The notes under the pieces: model-generated
The model's input: the letters and a program-made list of their open reading frames with translations, nothing else
Told to the model about the DNA's origin: nothing
Database searches by the model: none
From: Eledone cirrhosa
Taxonomy: Eukaryota
Reading direction: 5' to 3'
DNA length: 64,000 nucleotides
Assembly: GCA_964016885.1 (NCBI GenBank)
Contig: OZ024742.1
Coordinates: forward strand, 82,646,001 to 82,710,000
Translations under genes and position numbers: made by a program
In this document: positions 55,579 through 64,000 of the stretch, in pieces
Layout: each line of letters begins with the position of its first letter
Numbering within the stretch: position 1 is the first letter of the stretch

Positions 55579-57095
55579 TCTCTCCCTCTCTCCACAGGTC
55601 ACTATTACTTTATATTCATTTCTGAAAAATGTTCTTAGAAAATTGTAATTTGGTAATGTATAGAAAATAACAAATATCGAGTAACTCACTAGATGTGACA
55701 TACAATAAAGTAAAAATAAAATATCAACGATGAGAGAAAATATATGATAGACAATCCATCCTAATATATAGAGGGTGAGTTCCATCGTCGCCAAAAGAAT
55801 ATCAATAATGATATATAAGTTTCTCTTGTGCATATTCATTTATTACATTGTACGTATTTCAAAAATACTATTCTTGACTAAAATCTTCTATTGTGTATCC
55901 ACTTTTTTTTTATTTATTTATGAGATTATACCTTGTGACCAGGAGAGGACTCTATATTTTGATTCGTCGTAAATACAGTATTGAGAACATGCGTCCCTTC
56001 AATCTCTATAATACAGATATATTGTTTTAAAAGCCGATAATTGGCAGAAAGTCTGTAAAATGCGGTTGCAAGATACGAAAAGCAAATTATGACAAATAAA
56101 AGAGAACAAAGTAATGTTTAACACAGTGTATTTCAGCATATTCCTGGGCTATTTCCCTCCTTTCAAATATTGAGCTGTTCAAATGTTGAGCTTTTCAAAA
56201 CAAAACAAAACGAGCAATCTTCATCAACTGGCTTCCGTGCCTGAAATACCTATGTAGCAACCAGTCTGTCTCGTAAATTTCCAATCTATTATATATGTAT
56301 GGTATTTTATGATTGATGATAATTGCCTTTTTGATTCTTATATTTTGTTTATATATTGTTTATATATTAACTAAATAAATGTAAATGCCTTTATGCTGTA
56401 TGAGGAATGACTTCTAAATAGGTATTAACAAAGAAAGCGGATTTAAGTCATTGTTAGGGATACCAAGGTTCTGTTTATTACATATTACAAGGCCAAAAGT
56501 TTCTAAGTAAGTATTTTGTATGCGGCGTATTCAATGGATACCTTTTCTATAAATGTTACAACAACCGTCATTACTATGAGAATGGTACTCTAATTCCATA
56601 ATAACATATTACAAAACCAAACTACAAAAGATAAGTGTTAATGTAACCTTCAGGAAAGAAGACAGGTTATCACGAATCAAACATTAAGTTATTAAGAATC
56701 CCATACAAAGTTTCTGTTTAACGAGAATTGATAAACTGTTTATTTAAACAATATGCAAATATCGATATTAAAGAAAAATGTTTATTTAATCAAAACGTAT
56801 CTAATACTGACATAACATAACTATTACAGAAACTACAGTCAGCCTAAAATGTGATTAAATAAATCTGCAATTACTCCAAATGACAAGTCCGACAGCACAA
56901 TGGCTAAGTAAATATTTAAGCTGGTATAAAATGTCAGCATTTACTGTTGCTGTTCACATATAAATTATTTGGGGTTAAATGTCTCAGGAATAATGACTAT
57001 TTCGATTTTATTCGCAGTAAATATAGTTCTAAACTAAACAGACAATATTCGGCGTAGTGGAGATGCACATATATTTCTCAACCTTTGTTTCTCTC

Positions 57096-57191
<96 letters not shown>

Positions 57192-57679
57192 TGTATATAT
57201 ATATATACATATATGTATATGTATATGTACATATGTATATATATATAGTAATAATAATAAATTTGAAGACTAAAATCCAAAGAGGGCTCGATAAGGATAA
57301 ATATATATCAAATATATAAGAACCGTAGAGCAAATATTTATTAAAATAACAGATTAAAGTTTAAGCAAAGAATCGCTGCTTTCACCCTTAACGGGATCTT
57401 CTGAAACTAACAAAGTCAATCTGTAAACGCTGAAGTGGATATTTCAAAAAACGTTGCAACCGGAGGAAGACAGGAAGACGATACTTTGGTTCGTGGAAAG
57501 GTTCGCTATGCAAATAAGTAAAGGTATAAACAAAACATATACTTAGCTCCCACATCAAGACGTAAAATATCCACGTATAAATCGTACTATCCGTTAGGAT
57601 ATAACGTGGGGCTGTAATACAGGAAAGTGTTGTGCAATTTATGTTTACAAGCCGAAATTGCCTCAGATTTTTTGTTTAC

Positions 57680-58900
57680 GATGTGGTCTGTGGCGTAAGT
57701 CGGTGATTAATTTCGACGACTCTATTTGGATTATAAAATCCAATAGTACCCCATTCGACGTGAGTATGGGCGCCAGTGATTCTGCGGAGGTTACTGATCT
57801 TATCGGCTTTTTCCTTCTTTTCTTTATCAAGGACGAATTTCCCAACGCGGGCGGTGGTTTGTACCGTGACGATGGTCTTTTGACCATGACTATGTGCGGA
57901 CCTCGTGCTTGCGACAGGTTCAGAAAAGAACTCACAGCCTTCTTTAAAGGCTTCAACCACTCTATACAGGTTGAGGCCAATCTCTCGGTCGTTAATTACC
58001 TCGACGTTACCCTCAATGTATTGAATGGGTTGTATTACCCGTATAGAAAGCCGAATGATACGCTTAATTACATAAGTAAGCATTCCAACCATCCTGCCAA
58101 CATAACCAAGAACCTGGTAAGAAACGTTTCGTTGAGGCTTTCCCGTCTTTCCACCAACGAGCGTATTTTCAACGACCATTCCACTTATTATAATGAAGCC
58201 CTTGCTCGAAGTAGATTTGTCGATAACGGAGCATATACAGAGTACGAAAATAGACCTAGAAGAAATAGATCCCGACGCATTTGTTGGTATAACCAACCAT
58301 ATAATATGGAGGTGGCGACACCTTTAGCTAAGATCTTTCTTTCCCTTATTACGAAGCATTTTCCCCCTACACATAAATATAGTAAATTTTTAATAGAAAT
58401 AATATTAAAATTTCTTACTCTACGACTCCTAACCTTGCACATAACATCACAGCTTCAAATTTAGCTAAATTACCTAGCCGTAGGAACACGTGCAACCCTG
58501 TAGTTAGTACTAACTGTAATTGTAGGAATCCGGTTGATTGGCCCCTATCCGGGAAATGCCTCTCTAGTAACATTGTCTACAAATGTAAGGTTGTAACACC
58601 CACGTCCCGTAGGGCCTACATAGGGTTAACCGCCAATAGATTCAAGCAGCGTGTTTACATGCATACCCATTCTTTTTGTTACCCTCTAAGAAGGAATATG
58701 TCGTCACTTTCAGCTTATATCTGGAGTCTAAAAGACAACCACACCCAATATAAGTTACACTGGGAGATCCTAGCTAGGGCTAGATCGTATAACGGAAATA
58801 AAATACCATGTGACCTCTGCGCCGCTGAGGCCATGGAAATACTCTACGCCACATCTTAAACAAAAAATCTGAGGCAATTTCGGCTTGTAAACATAAATTG
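57680..58900 (+). pseudogene. PLE RT + GIY-YIG, 5'-truncated and frameshifted
   Basis: FDVSMGASDSAEVTDLIG, GGLYRDDGL, NYLDVTL, SNHP, WYNQPY; then CNC, IVY, YIG, LSAYIWSLK, CDLCAAE. Confidence 0.9.
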
Positions 58901-59126
58901 CACAAAACATTCCTGTATTACAGCCCCACGTTATATCCTAACGGATAGTACGATTTATACGTGGATATTTTACGTCTTGATGTGGGAGCTAAGTATATGT
59001 TTTGTTTATACCATTACTTATTTGCATAGCGAACCTTTCCACGAACCAACGTATCGTCTTCCTGTCTTACCCCGGTTGCAACGTTTTTTGAAATATCCAC
59101 TTCTGCGTTTACAGATTGGCTTTGTT

Positions 59127-59177
59127 AGTTTCAGAAGATCCTGTTAAGGGTGAAAGCAGTGATTATTTGCTTAGACT
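59127..59177 (+). ncRNA. Hammerhead-like motif with a variant CAGAAGA core (also 57358-57408 minus, 54977-55025 plus)
   Basis: AGTTT CAGAAGA tCCY gttaa GGGt GAAA GCA ...TGC TT ARACT; all three stems can pair. Confidence 0.6.
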
Positions 59178-59193
59178 TTAATCTGTTATTTTA

Positions 59194-59306
<113 letters not shown>

Positions 59307-59519
59307 GAGGAGAGAGAGAGAGAGAGAGAGAGACAGTGCTGTACCACTATATATATATATATATACAGTGATAGAGCACTGGAAGGTAATATCCGTAGTG
59401 GTAGTGTTAGGTAAAAGTGGTTACACAATAGATAGTTCACCATACCGAGAACAATTGTTTCACCTTAGCGGTATGGTGAACTAACTGTCACGTAATCACT
59501 TATATATATAGACATAGTC

Positions 59520-60262
59520 ACATATACAAATATGAGTTTGGCAATAATTCACGGTGTGGCTCAATGAAGAATTAATTAAATAATTATTCATCAGAACTAT
59601 ATATAAAAATGTAAGTACAAAGAATCATTAGATAAAATGTATACACTATATCCTCTTCCAATCAGCATAAATTAACCACATAAAAAATCATTTAAACGAG
59701 GCTATAATTACTTATGAAGAAATAATAGATAAATGATACAGATTCTTTTCCGCGATGTACAGCCATCTGACACTTATCTAATTATTTCCTCTAGCCTGTA
59801 GAAATTGACTGGATAAATAGTTAACTATACGGAATTAGGTATAAAATAGAAGTTTGAAGAAAAATTCGTCCAGTCTGGGGTATCTCCTAATGAGTTCCAA
59901 GCCTCATGGATTTATTCAAGACCGGGTATATCGAAAACGTGGAACGAAACCACCGGTGGTAGACTATGAGAATTCTGGTAAAATTTATGTGCGTTTTTTC
60001 TACAAACTTCTATTTTGTACCTAATTCCGTATAGTTAACTATTTGTCTGGTCAATTTCTACAAGCTAGTGGAAATAATTAGATAAGTGTCATATGGCTGT
60101 ACATCGCGGAAAATAATCTGTATGATTTGTCTATTATTTCTTCATAAGTACATTTTAAATTTATAGCCTCGTTTAAATGATTTTTTATCTGGTTAATGTA
60201 TGCTGATTGGGAGAGGAAATGCTATATATATTTTATCTAATGATTCTTTGGACTTACATTTA
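59520..60262 (+). mobile_element. Fold-back element with a mutated HHR in the loop
   Basis: Arms ~59600-59865 and ~59995-60262; 59887-59964 reads CTAATGA GTTCCA...TGGAAC GAAA CCACCGGTGG TA GAC; related to 2990-3533. Confidence 0.78.
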
Positions 60263-60266
60263 TATA

Positions 60267-60354
<88 letters not shown>

Positions 60355-60357
<3 letters not shown>

Positions 60358-61160
60358 TCAAAACAAGACTGACATTTACTTGAATATATCAAGCATTAAC
60401 TTGAGAAAATTTGTAAAAGGATATAAGAACATATATATATAATTTTAAAGGTCTTAAAATGTAAATAACTAAATGTAAATAACTAAATTTCAGTAATCAT
60501 TCATACCCTTGCATACATATTTAAGATATGTTTCACCAATTAAATGGCTGAGTTCAATAATCAATCAATCGATCATCAGTGAAGGTTAATCGATCTATGA
60601 GCTCACAAGCGCTAAATACAAATCCGGAACTGAAGAAAAAAACGCACATGGATATAATGTCCGGTGACGTGAAAGAAATAGTGATAGCAAGAAATAGCAG
60701 CAAAAATCTTTCAACTCTATTAATTCTACTAAAATATATTTAGAAGCTTATTTATATTACTAACAATAATAAGAATTTCAAGTCTAAAAACAATTCATTT
60801 TCTTCAGACAAGCGCTATATCACCTGTAATTCCAGCTCTAGGAATAAATCCGAACATTTATTATAAAATTAAAATATCGAGTAACATATACATTAATATA
60901 TCAATCAATAACAGGAGAACATTTTTAAAACGATGAAAGAAAATATATTTAATTCCAAAAGACAGCAAAAGACAGGATATGAAAAATTACTGAAATTTAG
61001 TTATTTACATTTTAAATATGCTGTCTTTTAAAATTAGATATATAATCTTACATCGTTTTACAAATTTTCTTCTGTTAATGCTTGATATATTTACGTATAT
61101 GTCAATCATTTTTTTAATTTTATAAGTGCTCGGATTTATTCCTAGATTTGGAATTACAGG
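60355..61160. mobile_element. Older degenerate fold-back element
   Basis: ~60355-60495 is inverted at ~60985-61115; 60820-60853 is inverted at 61130-61162. Confidence 0.55.
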
Positions 61161-61719
61161 TATATGGCGCTTGTCAGAATTTTCTGTTTTTTATAAGAGT
61201 TGTCATTCTTCTTATTGTTAGTAATATATATATATATATATTCCATGGAGATAGTAACACATCTAGAGATATCCCTACGAAAACGATGTAGTGTATGTCT
61301 CAGAAAGGAGGTGTCAAGAGACAAAAACATATATATAAGTTGGGGATGTAAATGCCACCTCGTTGTGATAATTTGTAATACAACTGTCAATAAAATAAAA
61401 ATTAGTTCATCACATAATAATTGGATTATAGTGGACAGAACAATAAATTGCTCTTGGCAATTTAAATCCTCTTAAAATGGAATAACCTATGTTAAAATGT
61501 TAGTTAAGGCGTGTCGTGAAGTCGTGGTAAGAATGGTTATCGGACGGATGTATATGAATGCTTATCGGGCGGCAATAAACATCTAGTTATAATATATTTT
61601 AAAACGTCAAATGTCTATACAGTGTATTGCACTAAACAACGTCATTCGGCCTAGTGCTTATTCATTTATCGTCAACCCTATAAAGACGTATATTACAAGA
61701 GGTTGAGTGTATGTAAAGA

Positions 61720-61872
61720 GTGGCGCAGTCAGGGTGGTAAATTGGCCGATTCGTTACAACATCAAGTTGAATAATTGACGACATTCTTGAGTACTAGTGT
61801 GTTTAAATCCCATTGAGGTCAACTTTGCAATTTATCCTTTCTAGGTCGATAAAAATGATCAGTTGATTACTG
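61720..61872 (+). mobile_element. Degenerate MetaSINE-like SINE
   Basis: GTTTAAATCCCATTGAGGTCAACTTTGC...TCCTTTCTAGGTCGATAAAA resembles the reverse complement of 21581-21703. Confidence 0.55.
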
Positions 61873-62679
61873 ATATTTCATTCTCAACTCCTTTCTCTCT
61901 TTCTCATTCTAAGGAAGAAGTTGGCTGTGTTCAGTTATGTAGAGGGCATGGGTTCTGACATGATTAAAATGCCATACGACTCCACCAAGAAGGATGAGCC
62001 TATACATTTAAACATTGTTGCGAGGTACTATCAATATATACGTTTTAAGGCTCAAACCATTTTAATGTCCTCGACTGTAATTGAAGTAATTGAATAATAA
62101 TGAAATGTCATTCTAGACAAGAGAAAGTCTATTCTTTTTTTAATAAACGCAACTCTTCAAACATGGGAAACCTACTACATTTTAGAGAGGTGTATAGCGG
62201 TTTCAAAACTTTGACTACGTAACATTAAACAGACTAATAGGAATATAAATATATTGTTTGGCAAATAAATTTATATTCAGACACTAACTTCAGCAGTGAT
62301 TTCTCTTTATATTATGAAAGATATAGCTACGTTCTTTTTTCACGTTTGTGTGATGTGCACTCCACTATATATAATACCTACTGGTGTCATGTCGGCTGAA
62401 AAGTTTATAAGCTGATTATGAAGAACTGATGCTAGGTTTTTTAATAACTGCTAGATTTCTTTCTACAGACTATGTTTAAAAATAACTCTCATGTGGTTAT
62501 TCCAAGAGAGTATCTTGTTCAATATATGACATTTTAAACCGGACCCCGTATCGGCATGATCATATAAAAACACATACATATACATCCAGTGACAGGTAGG
62601 CAAATATTTAGTTGAAAATATAAATAGATTATGGCAAATATTTAGTTGAAAATATATATAGATTATGGTGAGGATTAAA

Positions 62680-64000
62680 TAAAATCAAATTACCGATCTT
62701 GTGGGCCTCTTTCTTCTATTTAACATAAATTCTTCTTTTCCCCACCTTAAAGGTGGTTTATATTGTGATGACTGTCTTCTTTCCACTAATCTTAGCCTAT
62801 CAGAAATTGAAAAAAATAAAAAAACTTATTAGAACTTTCCTCAAAGATTATTATAATCTCACTATTATATTTGAAAACACCAGTAAAATAGTTAATTTCT
62901 TAGATATAACTTTAGACTTATCTACGGGTATCTACCAACTTTACCATAAACCTAACAAAAATTTACATTACATACACTCACAATCCAATCACCATAGATC
63001 TATCCTTAAAAACCTAGCATATAATATCTTACTCAGAATTTCTAACCTTTCATCTAACCAAGATATATTCGATAAAAATGCGCCCTTTTATAACGAAGCT
63101 TTAGCTAGAAGCGGCCACAAAAACAAATTAGTCTATATACCTTGCACCAATAATATTTCAAACATACAACCCAATATTACCAACAAACACCAAATGAAAT
63201 GTACACACCTAAATGCCACTCACACTACACCTAAAAATACCAACCTAAAACTTAATTTCTCTACCTCTTCTCACATAAAATATAATAACTTTCAAAAAAA
63301 CCATTCATCCTAATATTCCAATATACGTTAATAACATTACTAACAAAATTCCTAATAATCAGACTAAAACACCTAAATCAGTTAATCTAACTAAACCTAT
63401 ATATAATAAATTCACTAATACTAACTCTCTTAGAAAACATCCTGATACATCGTATAAATATAAAAAACAACATCGAAACCGTAATAGACGAGTTACTTGG
63501 TATAATGCTCCATTAATCTACAAATTAAAGATAATATTCCTAAAATGGTATTACTATCCTAGAGAAAAACTTCCCGCCAAACCATAAATACCATCAAATT
63601 TTAAATAGATCAACTGTCAAATTTTCCTACTACTCTACCAAAAATATACAACAAAATATACGTGCGTACAACGCATATAAATGTAAAAAAAACACGAATA
63701 TACCACCAACACATCAAACCAACCATAATACTAACATAAACCGCAACAAACCACCATCTCCTTCACATATAACAAGTCGAGTAAATTCCACACCAAATTT
63801 GACTAACTCCCCTGATATAATATTCACGAATGGTTGTAACTGTAGAAACAAAAGAAATTGCCCTCTAAAGGGAAATTGTCTTATTAATAACATAGTATAT
63901 AAATGTAAAATTAGCACTAAGGACTCAACTTATTCATATATAGGAGCTACGTCTAACCAATTTAAAGTAAGATTTAATACCCACAAACATAGTTTTAAAA
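62680..64000 (+). pseudogene. PLE RT/linker/GIY-YIG fragment running off the window end
   Basis: QITDLVGLFLL, NFLDITLDL, SNHH, FYNEALARSG, WYNAP, CNCRNKRNCPLKGNCL...IVY...YIG...FKVRFNTHKHSF. Confidence 0.88.

Noticed and set aside
60570-60690. CTGAAGA...GAAA and antisense CTGATGA in the 60355-61160 fold-back
   Set aside because: Stems are inconsistent; cannot be distinguished from chance.
62370-62550. Mariner-like terminal sequence
   Set aside because: No matching TIR pair or transposase visible.

Overview
Eukaryotic, AT-rich, transposon-dense DNA with no convincing host exon. The (TA)n/(CA)n/(TAA)n load and the SINE types suggest a cephalopod such as Octopus; this is inference. Nearly all ORFs in the track are microsatellite artefacts. 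Recognisable coding remnants: a near full-length L1/Tx1-like LINE (-, 17.6-23.5 kb), a Dong/R4 RLE-LINE sitting in (TAA)n (+, 23.65-26.67 kb), RTE, CRE and CR1 fragments, and five Penelope-like element (PLE; RT/GIY-YIG) copies. There are also four non-autonomous Helitrons and tRNA-derived SINEs. The main hidden structure is a set of at least 10 sequence-unrelated small elements embedded in (TA)n. Most are asymmetric fold-backs (inverted arms plus a one-sided tail) and carry a minimal type-I hammerhead ribozyme (HHR; CUGANGA...GAAA...UH with pairable stems). Two of these families form 420-440-nt tandem units, each with one HHR (retrozyme/circRNA-like). One family has a conserved non-canonical core (CAGAAGA). 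Five families have an octamer motif ATGCAAAT about 50-150 bp upstream of the ribozyme. All structures were read by eye, and most boundaries are approximate (about +/-10-20 bp).
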